Source: a bacterium (GTDB lineage: Bacteria > UBA8248). From it: 64,000 nucleotides of DNA. The stretch spans positions 64,001 to 128,000 of the forward strand of contig CBDBZU010000004.1 in assembly GCA_965213625.1 (NCBI GenBank), written 5' to 3'. Shown piece by piece: positions 1-8,908 of the stretch; the first letter of the stretch is position 1; every line of letters starts with the position of its first letter. Position numbers and translations under genes: made by a program. The notes beneath the pieces were generated by a model. That model saw only the letters and a program-made list of their open reading frames with translations, did no database searches and had not been told where the DNA came from.

Positions 1-2007
1 CGCAATATTCACGTTTCCCGCGGCGTAACCCCAAGCCCCCAGGGACATGATTGCCGGAACGAAATTGGGTATTAAGCTCAGAAGCCCCAAACGAAGGCTT
101 TTGAATGCAAAAATCAACAGCAGTGAGACGATCGAGATCGCGATGAAGGTTCCGAGTAACATGTTCACGATGTTTCTCATCACCGAGTAAGCGCCGACAA
201 TGGCGACGCCGGTCGCTCCGGTTCGCATTTGCGGCGCATTTTTTCCCAGCCAGGCAGAAGCGCGATTGTCCAGCTCGATTTGCTCTTTGACCGACATTCC
301 CCCGATCACGACGGTCATCCGGGTCGCCGAACGCTCAAAGTTGATGAGATTGTTTATGTCGCGGCCGACCGGTAGAGAGAACTCGTATAAAAGCAGGTAT
401 TGCGCCGCAAGGTCGGAGTTTGCCGGCAGTGCATAGGTGCCTTTTGCGTCATTGCGCAGATTCTGATTAATCCGCTTCATGATATCAGCAATCGAGGTGA
501 CGTGAGAAACTTCAGGCTGTTTGCGAAGCCAATTGGCGAACGAATCCACCCGATGCAGGTACTCAATGTCGGTGATTCCCCCTGCACGCCCGGAATTCAG
601 TGAATACTCAAAGGAATCCAGCCCGGAAAAGTTCTCGTTTATGAAATCCCCCGATCGGCGCAACTCGTAGCTTTCGTTAAGCAGCTTGGCATTGTTGTTG
701 TCATTCAGTTTAATTCTCGAGACGCCATATGCGCTCACCAGAACGAGTATGACGAAAGTCCAAAGCAACAAGGTGCTTTTGGAAACGACGAAATCTCCCA
801 AACGCTTGAAAGTTTTCGTTCCGTTTCTCTTTTCGGCGGGCGCCCGCATGGGCATCATCGCCAACAATGCGGGCAAAAGCGTGACCGCGTAAGCGAATGC
901 GCACATGGCGCCGAACGCAACGATATTTCCCATCACTCGAAACGGGGGCATTTCCGAGAAATTCAGGCTCAGAAAACCGATCATGGTGGTGAGCGAAGTG
1001 AGGAATATCGGATGGGCATTGATTTGCAGGGAATGAACAACAGCGGCTTTACGTTCCATTCCACGAAGCATTCCATCGGTCATTCCTTCGATCAGATGGA
1101 CGGAGTGTGCGATGGCAATCGCCATCAGAACGAATACCGCGGCGCCGCTTTCCGCATAGAATTTCAATCCGAACCAGCCGGTTAAACCGAAACTCGATGC
1201 CATCACCGCAATTATCATCGCAATAATTCCACAAACGCTCCAAACCGAACGCAGCAATAGAATGGCCACCAGAACCATCATCGCAAACGCGATGGGCGCC
1301 AAAAAGGACATATCTTCATTCAGCGCCTCGCGAACCGCCCGATTCAACAACAGTTCACCATAGATGTGATATTCGATATCGGGGTTGGACGCGCGCTGTT
1401 TGTTGACGAGACCGTAGAGACCGTCGACCACTTCGATTTTGCGCTGTTTCCTTTTCTCATCGGGAATAGCCAGGCTCACGATCAGCCCGGCTACACGACC
1501 GTCGCGAGAGACGAAACGGCCGGCCGTTTCCTGTGTGGTGAGCGCAATCTCTCGAACACGGGCGAGTTTGACCTCGTCCAGCGAAGCCGCATCGTCGACC
1601 AGCTGCTCGACAATCAGTGTGTCCTCGATTCCCTCGGTGTGTAGGTAATTGGTTATCGAATCGACACGGACAGAATAAGGCGTTTGCCACAACACCTCCG
1701 TCAGTTGCTCAATCGCAACGAGTGCTTTGCGCGTGAAAACGGTGTCGTTCGGCGGGGCGACAATGACGAGCACGCTGTCCGACACTGCGTAGGTCTTTTC
1801 GAAATCGTCGAGTTTGATCAAATGCGGATCATCTTCATCGAAGTGATTTCGGATGCCTACATTGACGGTAATCAGGTGCTGCACTCCCGCGGCGAGAACC
1901 GCGGTCACCAGGAATGTGACGGCTATCGTCCAGAAGTATTGACCCACTACCAGATCGAAAAAACCGGACTTCGACTTGGATGTCATGTTATGTGCGCTTT
2001 CCCGCAT
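1..2007 (-). CDS. MMPL/RND-family transporter (3' end runs off the window)
   Basis: Manual translation gives an open minus-strand frame from ATG 2007 (AAGGAA RBS) to the window edge. It has alternating TM blocks and periplasmic loops, with motifs VDSITNY and IFLTSLTTMIGFLSLNFSEMPPFRVMG. It is absent from the ORF track because there is no stop in the window. Confidence 0.88.
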   Translation of the reverse strand, partial: MRESAHNMTSKSKSGFFDLVVGQYFWTIAVTFLVTAVLAAGVQHLITVNVGIRNHFDEDDPHLIKLDDFEKTYAVSDSVLVIVAPPNDTVFTRKALVAIEQLTEVLWQTPYSVRVDSITNYLHTEGIEDTLIVEQLVDDAASLDEVKLARVREIALTTQETAGRFVSRDGRVAGLIVSLAIPDEKRKQRKIEVVDGLYGLVNKQRASNPDIEYHIYGELLLNRAVREALNEDMSFLAPIAFAMMVLVAILLLRSVWSVCGIIAMIIAVMASSFGLTGWFGLKFYAESGAAVFVLMAIAIAHSVHLIEGMTDGMLRGMERKAAVVHSLQINAHPIFLTSLTTMIGFLSLNFSEMPPFRVMGNIVAFGAMCAFAYAVTLLPALLAMMPMRAPAEKRNGTKTFKRLGDFVVSKSTLLLWTFVILVLVSAYGVSRIKLNDNNNAKLLNESYELRRSGDFINENFSGLDSFEYSLNSGRAGGITDIEYLHRVDSFANWLRKQPEVSHVTSIADIMKRINQNLRNDAKGTYALPANSDLAAQYLLLYEFSLPVGRDINNLINFERSATRMTVVIGGMSVKEQIELDNRASAWLGKNAPQMRTGATGVAIVGAYSVMRNIVNMLLGTFIAISIVSLLLIFAFKSLRLGLLSLIPNFVPAIMSLGAWGYAAGNVNIA

Positions 2008-2689
2008 GATTTGATTCCTTCTCGCGGTGCCGACTCCTGCAGCATCCGGTAATCTTTTTTCCCATACCTCTATAATATCTGCCTTCTATTGTATGGCTTC
2101 ATGTCCATGGCCGCCACTTTTTTTATGACAGGTTGGCTTCTCGCGGGAGCAGACCATCAGACAACTCCGTCGAGACGACGGATCAGCGGTTCTGTGACGG
2201 AGATCCAGTCGTCCCGCATCGGGCGCGCCGACGCGCTGCTCCTCACGAGCACCCATGCCCGCGATTTGCTTAAAGGCGGGGGCGCGACGCTCGTCGGGGA
2301 GACGGTCGAGACGTTCGATTGCGCGGGCGCGCGCTGCGTCGCTCGGAACGGGACGGCGGTCTCAGCCTCTCCTGGGCGCACAACGTAATACGCCCCGGCC
2401 ATGAATGCGCTCGCCTTGACGGCCCAACAGGCACCATTGAGAAAGATCCGGTGTCGGTGTATATTTGTCGAATATTCGTTCAGCTTTGAGAAAAAGCGTC
2501 GTCTCATGAGAAAATGCGAACCAGCCGCTTTAGGCGCATATTCTCCTTGTGATTTGCTGCCTTGGGGAAAGCGGCGAGTCGCCCCTTCCGGCATCCTCTA
2601 GTGGAAACCTCCTGAAGAAAGAATGCAGCATCTCCCTCTTGCCGGGAGGGGCGGCGCTCGAACACATCATTTTCATTCGGGAGGGAAAG

Positions 2690-2960
2690 ATGCGGAAATC
2701 AGATATCTCGACCCATGTCGCAGATAGGGTCTCTCTCTAAGGCCGAAGCGCGAAGCGCTGTGGATGAGCTATTGGGTATCGTCGGGGATGCTCTCGCTCG
2801 CGGGGAGAGGGTCTACCTACCGGGTCTCGGGGCGTTCTCGCTCAGGAGCCGCCCGGCGCGGCGGGGACGGAACCCACGCACGGGGGAGCGCATCGACTTG
2901 CCGGCTTCGAAGACGCCACATTTCAAGGCCGCCAAGGCGCTCAGTAACACAGTGCGCTAA
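2690..2960 (+). pseudogene. HU/IHF-family DNA-binding protein, frameshifted in a (CT)4 tract
   Basis: MRKSDISTHVADRVSL* then KAEARSAVDELL...GLGAFSLRSRPARRGRNPRTGERIDLPASKTPHFKA in another frame. Adding one CT at 2731-2738 restores a 90-aa HU. Confidence 0.88.
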
Positions 2961-3488
2961 CACCGGCGTCGAATAGGTCCCCGGTGATGCCGTCCGCGAA
3001 GCAACCCAAGGCCTTCCATCGCCGAATCGCTAGTAAGGTGCGCTTAGCGCGTCGTAGTTTCGCTCTTGATCCGGCCCGGGAGTTTCTCCGCGAAGCCGAA
3101 ACAAGCCGCCAGCGTCGCCGAAATCGGCCACCTCCGATTCGACCGTATTATGCGTTGAGGCGTAAGGGCTACACAAGTCCTCACGCATTATATGCGCCGC
3201 GCTCTCGATACCCGGGGTTTTGAGCCCCCTGGGATGGAAATGCGACGCCCCAAAACGCCGTCTCCGGTGGCGCGGTTCGCCACGAGAGCATTATCCTGAG
3301 CCACTTGATCGTCAAGGGACGCAGCCGCAACACCGACCGGCTGTCCCTCACACCAGAGGAATGGCCCGCCGTCTGCGATGCGCATGAGTATCTATTCGCG
3401 CCGGAAGATTTCGAGGCATGGGACCGCAGGACACGCTCCCTGAGTGACCTCGCACGCGCAATTCGGCGAAAAAACGCTTGTTAATGAA

Positions 3489-3892
3489 TTATTTTTCACT
3501 GTCGGGAGGGAATCGGGACATCCCGTTCTCGCTGAACCGCTCGCTCAGACCCACGAACGACCCGACGAACACGCCCGTACGGCCGTCGCTCTCCTCGAAA
3601 TCAGCGTAGGTGAGGCCCGCCGCCAGCCGGGGGTTCCCGTCCGTGTCCTGGCGGCTGGACAGGGCCCCCAAGAATTTTCCTGGTGGCGGACTGTATCGAG
3701 TGTGCGGATGCGGCCATCGTGGTAGCCCACGTCGATGCTGTGGACGCCATCGACAGAGGTCGTCCGCGTGCGAAACGGTTGAGGTGTGGGCGTAAGCGTG
3801 GGCATCGAAATTAATAGCGGAGAGGAACCGCCACCGAAACAGCCCGCCGTCAGCGAAACCAGTAACAGGGTAATCAGTGTCCGGAGATTCAT
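3489..3892 (-). pseudogene. Probable lipoprotein remnant
   Basis: Signal peptide with lipobox (MNLRTLITLLLVSLTAGC) followed by a G/S/P/T-rich linker. Coding quality is lost after about 75 aa. Confidence 0.45.
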
Positions 3893-4411
3893 ATGCAGTC
3901 CTTTGCACGAAACGAGCCAGTGAAAAAACGGGGCGTTCGATCCTCTTCCCCGGTAGTCCCGACGACAGGAACGCCGGGAACGACCGCCAGATGTCCAGTA
4001 TACACTATCAATATGGGGTTGGTGTGAAGATTCGGGATGATGACTATGATAACATAATCATCGTGGAGAGATATGCCAAATTTTCAAGTGGCACACGAAC
4101 CTTCAGCGGCAAGGAATTCAGGTCGACCTCTCTGTCGCTCGAGGCTCTGCAAGCTCGCTTACGATCTTTCAGGCGACGTTCCTCGTACAAGTCACATCCG
4201 AAACCCGAATAGAAAGAGAATCTGCCTGCATACACGAAATGTTCGAGAGGAGGAAACGCTGCCCTGAATGGCCAAAACCCGCGCCTCCCCTCAAATAAGC
4301 CTCATTTTCACGGTACCGGGCCCCTGCAGCCGGGCACCGCCCTTGGACCCGATAACGTTCGTTCGATCATTAGGGGCGATCTTTCATTCTGCATCAAAGA
4401 CTGAAGAAGTG

Positions 4412-5332
4412 ATGCGAAAGGAAATGGAATTCACCGACTTCAAGCGCCACTACTTGGGCGAGTTTCCGAACAAAGATGCGCCGGCGCAGGACGTTTTACG
4501 TTATGGACGCGTAAAGCTGGAATCAGGAGCCACCCAGGCCCATGGCCACACGCAAGGGGCTTGGAGTTTTTCGTTCACGCCGAGCGGTGATAGGATTGAA
4601 AGATTCACACCGCCCTTGGTGAGTAAACGCCTCATGAACAAATGGTTGCGTCGTCCGGGAGCTCCGCACACGATTCCCTTGAATCCCGAGGAAATGAATG
4701 AAGTCTGCTCTGTCCTGGCGGGAGAGTTCGACGAACCCGATGAGGTTTTCATGAATTTCATGGTGCGCCTCCCCGGCTGGGCGAGACTCGAGTTCGAAAA
4801 CGTCGACAGATTGTTCGGGGAATTGACGAGGGGCCATGCGCCCCTGCTTGACTTCGTTAAAATGTGCCGGGTGCGGGTATATGACGATCGGCGAACCTTG
4901 GAGATTGCCTATCGCCGCCTTTGGCTGCTCGACAGCGTTCGAATACGTGCGGACGCTGAAGAGGAGGAGTGGCGTTTTCGTGCGATTGAGGCGGCGTCCC
5001 GGGTTCTCGAGAGCCGCGGGGAGCGTGTCCAGGCTTGCCGTTTCATAGTCTTGCTCCAGGGGTTCCTGTGGCTGGCGTTTCAGGCGTTTTCGGGTGCATC
5101 GCTAGTGTATCTGTGGAACATCGGGCGGACGGATACGAATCTCCTATGGGCGGGCGCCGCGGCCTTCTCGCTGTCTGCTGCCACGTTCGCGCCCGGCCTT
5201 TTGAAGCGGATGTTTCCCCAGGATACGGAAGTAGAGGCGAGAAGCCCACTGCGCCTGTTTCTGGGTGTGGTTTCTATGCTTTCGAGTATCGTTGCGGCTG
5301 TAGCGGTGATACTCGGCCTCGCCGGCATATGA
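4412..5332 (+). CDS. Hypothetical protein with about 3 C-terminal TM helices
   Basis: Long ORF (4268-5332) with probable start MRKEMEF and a hydrophobic C-terminus. No family recognised. Confidence 0.55.
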   Translation: MRKEMEFTDFKRHYLGEFPNKDAPAQDVLRYGRVKLESGATQAHGHTQGAWSFSFTPSGDRIERFTPPLVSKRLMNKWLRRPGAPHTIPLNPEEMNEVCSVLAGEFDEPDEVFMNFMVRLPGWARLEFENVDRLFGELTRGHAPLLDFVKMCRVRVYDDRRTLEIAYRRLWLLDSVRIRADAEEEEWRFRAIEAASRVLESRGERVQACRFIVLLQGFLWLAFQAFSGASLVYLWNIGRTDTNLLWAGAAAFSLSAATFAPGLLKRMFPQDTEVEARSPLRLFLGVVSMLSSIVAAVAVILGLAGI

Positions 5333-5365
5333 GCGCATGGCGTCGTTTATTCGGTAAACTTGAAA

Positions 5366-6003
5366 ATGACCACCGGGACGAGGGGAGCTAGAAACGCCCA
5401 AAGGAAGTTCGGTGACCTCCCAGTACCTTTGGGTCTGTCTCTGCTCGGCAACCTTCACCAGATTCGTTTTGCGAGGATGCACTGCATACTCGAGAGATGG
5501 GCGGATCGATACGGGCCGATCTATTGCATATCGCTGGGCAGGCGAAATTACGCGGTGGTCTCGGAACCGGACGCCATAGCCCATATACTGGGGAAGCGGC
5601 CCCACGGCTTCCGGCGCGAGAAGTCGAGCACCTGAGACGGTGCTGGGAACGCGCGGCCGATCATGGAGAGGCGATAGACCCCTACCGTGACCTCATGCGC
5701 TTCACCGCCCGTGTCACTATGCAATTCGTCTTCAGCGTCGACCTCGGCGCGCCCGAAAGTCCCGGCGCATCCATCCGTCACCATCTCGCCGCCATATTCC
5801 CGGTGTTGCACCGCCGTCTGAATCTGCCCTTACCCTTTTGGAGGTGCTTCCGGCTGCCTTCGGATCGAGCGCTCGAACGCGCTCTTGCCGGACTGAAAGC
5901 CGAGGTTCGCGACATGATCCGCACTGCTAAGGAACGAATGGAAGAAAACCCGCGGCGCAGCGTTACGCCTGGGAATTTCATCGAAGCCTCAATCGCCGCC
6001 AGA
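5366..6003 (+). pseudogene. Cytochrome P450 fragment (internal deletion/frameshift, C-terminus lost)
   Basis: LPVPLGLSLLGNLHQI...WADRYGPIY...VVSEPDAI...RPHGFRR, a frame change near 5630, then DLMRFTARVT...PFWRCFRLPSDRALERAL. No ExxR or heme-Cys motif. Confidence 0.8.
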
Positions 6004-6172
6004 GGATGTGCACGAGCGCCTCTCCTTCACCATGGCACCCGAGAAACTTATCGTACGCATAAGGCGCAGACAAGGCGCTTCATCCGGTTCGAATTCATCC
6101 CTAATCCCTCGCCGTGCCCAGGGCTACCACGCGGACGGTCGCGATGCCCGGAGGTGAAGATTATCTTCACGC

Positions 6173-6187
6173 TTTTTCAACAGCCCC
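6173..6187. repeat. Orphan IS/MITE-like terminal motif TTTTTCAACAGCCCC
   Basis: Reverse complement of GGGGCTGTTGAAAAA at 19108. It sits where group II intron B is truncated. Confidence 0.55.
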
Positions 6188-7235
6188 GTCAGTGCCTGCC
6201 AACAAACGCCGGCACATTCCATACTTATCCGATAGCACCGGGAAAAGAAGCGTTCGGGAGCTTCAGCTTCCCTCTTAGGAGAGCGTCGTTATCGTTTGTC
6301 GGGTAGGGCACTGGCGCGCGCACCTTTAGGCGGAGGGTTTCCAGCCCTGCCCTTTCGGTTCCAGGGTGGGGTCACAGTTCCGCCTTGAGCCACGTTTCCA
6401 GCCGCCCCCCCTAAAATTCCGTACGTCGAGTTTTCCTCGGTACGGCTTCCAGCAACAGGCACCTCCCAGTTTGGAGTGGAGTATTCCGCGGGAACACCGG
6501 GGTTTAAGACCGACCCTGCCATACCCCTCGGCGGGTCCAACGTTTACTCCGCCCTCAGGCTTCACCATGTGCAGAGCGCTTTCCCCCGCCTCTGTGTGCG
6601 GGCTGCCCGCCACGGTGTCGCCACCTGTGCCCAGAGGTCCTCGCTCCGGGTGGGTTGTGTTCTCCCACCCTTCATCGCTTGGCGACCTCGTCCGCCAGTC
6701 TGGAGGTCTCCGTCTCACTTCCCGGCGCCCCGGTTATAAAGACGGTCTTCGACATTCACAGGGTCATCCTGTCATGACCTCCACACCTTCCGGACTTTCA
6801 CTGCGCTACTTTCGAGTATTGCCGCCTTCAATACGCCGGGAGCCCCGGTTCGTGCGCCTCAGTTTCTTCTGCACCGGCACTGGCCATCGGTTAGGAGGGA
6901 GACCCTTGGCAACTCCATCTACCCCGCAAATCAGCTTCACGCGGGAAGTCCTTGTTTCGACGCTTCATCCGTTCACTTTCGTTACGGTCCTACTCGTTGC
7001 TTGCCTGCCGGGCTGATCGCACACGAGCGGCACGGCGGCCCCTCTGTACCCCGAGGCTTTTACGTCCGGGCTTCCAGAGCGCCGGGTCGCCCCGTACGTC
7101 TGCTGGATATGACTACGGCGCCAAACTGAGAATTGCGCCGGCGGGACTTTCACCCGCTAGTACCGCAGTTAGTCTCGCTGCACCCCTCCCGCAGGACTTT
7201 CACCAGCTGCACTGACACCAGTTAGCCTGGCGCAC
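6188..7235 (-). mobile_element. Group II intron B: 5' domain-I fragment (7235-7184 plus 6297-~6188), interrupted by intron A and truncated
   Basis: Minus strand begins GTGCGCCAGGCTAACTGGTGTCAGTGCAGCTGGTGAAAGTCCTGCGGGAGGG, a canonical GUGCG start. No DV/DVI belonging to it is found. Confidence 0.7.
6298..7183 (-). mobile_element. Group II intron A, ORF-less, 886 nt, apparently full-length ribozyme
   Basis: 5' GTGCAGCGAG. DV GAAGCCGTACCGAGGAAAACTCGACGTACGGAATT (about 6415-6449, AGC triad). DVI ends CCCTACCCGAC. EBS1 loop CCCUCC (6894-6899) is complementary to the 5' exon GGAGGG. Confidence 0.88.
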
Positions 7236-7562
7236 ACCCCATCGCTTGGTCGGGTAGGAGGGGGCATTGCTGCGCCCCTCCCCCCACAGACCCGAGCGTG
7301 CGCGATTGACACACTCGGTTCCTCACCTGACAGGTTCGCTCAAGGGGTTGTCACCCTTGCTCCGCAGGTCGAGGCATTCCTCGCCTGTTTGGCTATCCAC
7401 TGCTGTTTCGTGTACGTGTTGGTGGAACTCAGAGTTTCCTCCAGCGTTTCCCATCAGTGGCTCTGTACAGATGACGCCCCGCTTCCCTCCAGTGGGTCCC
7501 GGTGGCCACGGTTCCCCGCCTTCAGCGGTACTATCAGGGCGCTACGACTTCCTGCCCTTCTC

Positions 7563-7867
7563 TAATCGGGACGAGCAAGTCAAGTTCCTCTGCCCTGTTT
7601 TTTCCAGCTCTGTTCCGCCTTTGGTTTTAGACGATACTCCATGGGGGTCTCGCTTCTCTACGTGATCGGCACCCGGTCCGGGGCCGTCAACAGGATGGGA
7701 TCGGAGAACGAGGTGGAACAATCTCGCATACGTCCTCGCACCGTCACCGACGGAGCGGAACGGGGCAGGAAGCGAACTCACCTCGTCCCTCGTCCCCACG
7801 GGAGCATCCTCCGCCAGATCGGAAGCTGCCGTAGTATTCGGATTCTTCTCCTCTTGGATTCCCAAGG
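7563..7867 (-). ncRNA. Putative bridge RNA / seekRNA of the IS110 element (exact ends unknown)
   Basis: Four ordered guide-like segments: 7763-7772 (target left flank), 7722-7729 (target right flank), 7694-7701 (donor left), 7655-7660 (donor right). Strand polarity alternates as in bridge RNAs. Confidence 0.75.
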
Positions 7868-8908
7868 TCAGGCGGCTACGTCATCCACGCCGTCGCGTTT
7901 CCAGCGGAACTCGCTGCCATCCATCCATATGCGGTGCATGATGACGCCGAGCCGGCGGGCAAGCGCAACCTTCGCGCGCGCCTTGCCGCGACGCTTCGCC
8001 ACACCCATCGCCCAGGCTTTCAGCCATGACCACCGCGTCGTGCGCCCGAGCAAGGCGTTGGCGGCTTCGTAGAGCGCCGCGCGCATCATCGCGTCGCCGC
8101 ACTTGGAGATTCTTCCCGTTCGGTCGACCTCTCCGGATTGCCATTTGCGAGGCGCAAGCCCGAAGTGCGCGCCCACCGAGCGCGAACGAGCAAAACGCGA
8201 TGGCACGTCGACGCTCGCCCGGAAGGTGAGCGCCGTCACCGGACCCACGCCGGGGACCGTCATCAGGCGACGGCAGACCGGGTCGACGCGCACCGCCTCC
8301 AGCATCATCCTGTGCAGCCGGACGTATTCCGCCAGCAACGCCGCTCGCGCCCGCAGCATCGGCTTCACCAGGCCCGCCAGCGCCGGGCGCTCCGCGACCA
8401 GTCCAAGCACCCGCGCCTCCAGCCCGCGGCGGGTGACCTTGCCCATCTTCAGCCCGAAGTTGCGCAGCGTGCCCCGGATGTTGGCCTCGGCGTCGCACAA
8501 CTGCTTCAGCATGAACCTGCGGTTGGCGAGGAGCATTCGTTTCTCCTGGCTCGACACCGTCTTCACGTGCACCGGGCGAATCAGGTTCGCGCGAACCAGC
8601 TGGGCGATCCCGCGCGCGTCGTCACGGTCGCTCTTGTTCACCGTCGCAGATAGTATGGCCTTCAACTGCCGCGTCTCGGCGCAAACCACCGGGAGCCCGG
8701 CCTCGGCCAGGCCGTCATGGAGCCACTGCGACAGCGGCCCCGCCTCAAGACAGATGCGCGTCACGCCGAAGTCCAGCCCGGTGAAGAACGCCGCGAGGGC
8801 CGCGGGTTCGCTCGCGACCTTCGCCTCCCGGACGATCCCGCCGTCCACGTCCACCACGCACACGCTCGTCCACTCCAACGACACGTCGAGTCCTGCAAAG
8901 TAGTTCAT
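7868..8908 (-). CDS. IS110-family DEDD recombinase/transposase, intact
   Basis: MNYFAGLDVS, CLEAG, KSDRDDA (DEDD), VPGVGPVTA, FGLAPRKWQSG (catalytic Ser), GRISKCGD. AGGAG RBS. Confidence 0.95.
   Translation of the reverse strand: MNYFAGLDVSLEWTSVCVVDVDGGIVREAKVASEPAALAAFFTGLDFGVTRICLEAGPLSQWLHDGLAEAGLPVVCAETRQLKAILSATVNKSDRDDARGIAQLVRANLIRPVHVKTVSSQEKRMLLANRRFMLKQLCDAEANIRGTLRNFGLKMGKVTRRGLEARVLGLVAERPALAGLVKPMLRARAALLAEYVRLHRMMLEAVRVDPVCRRLMTVPGVGPVTALTFRASVDVPSRFARSRSVGAHFGLAPRKWQSGEVDRTGRISKCGDAMMRAALYEAANALLGRTTRWSWLKAWAMGVAKRRGKARAKVALARRLGVIMHRIWMDGSEFRWKRDGVDDVAA

Noticed and set aside
2157-2594. 145-aa minus-strand ORF upstream of the MMPL gene
   Set aside because: There are no recognisable motifs or convincing RBS, so it cannot be supported as a gene.
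6326-7665. ORFs overlapping the introns as intron-encoded proteins
   Set aside because: They have no RT or maturase motifs and are incidental translations of ribozyme sequence.
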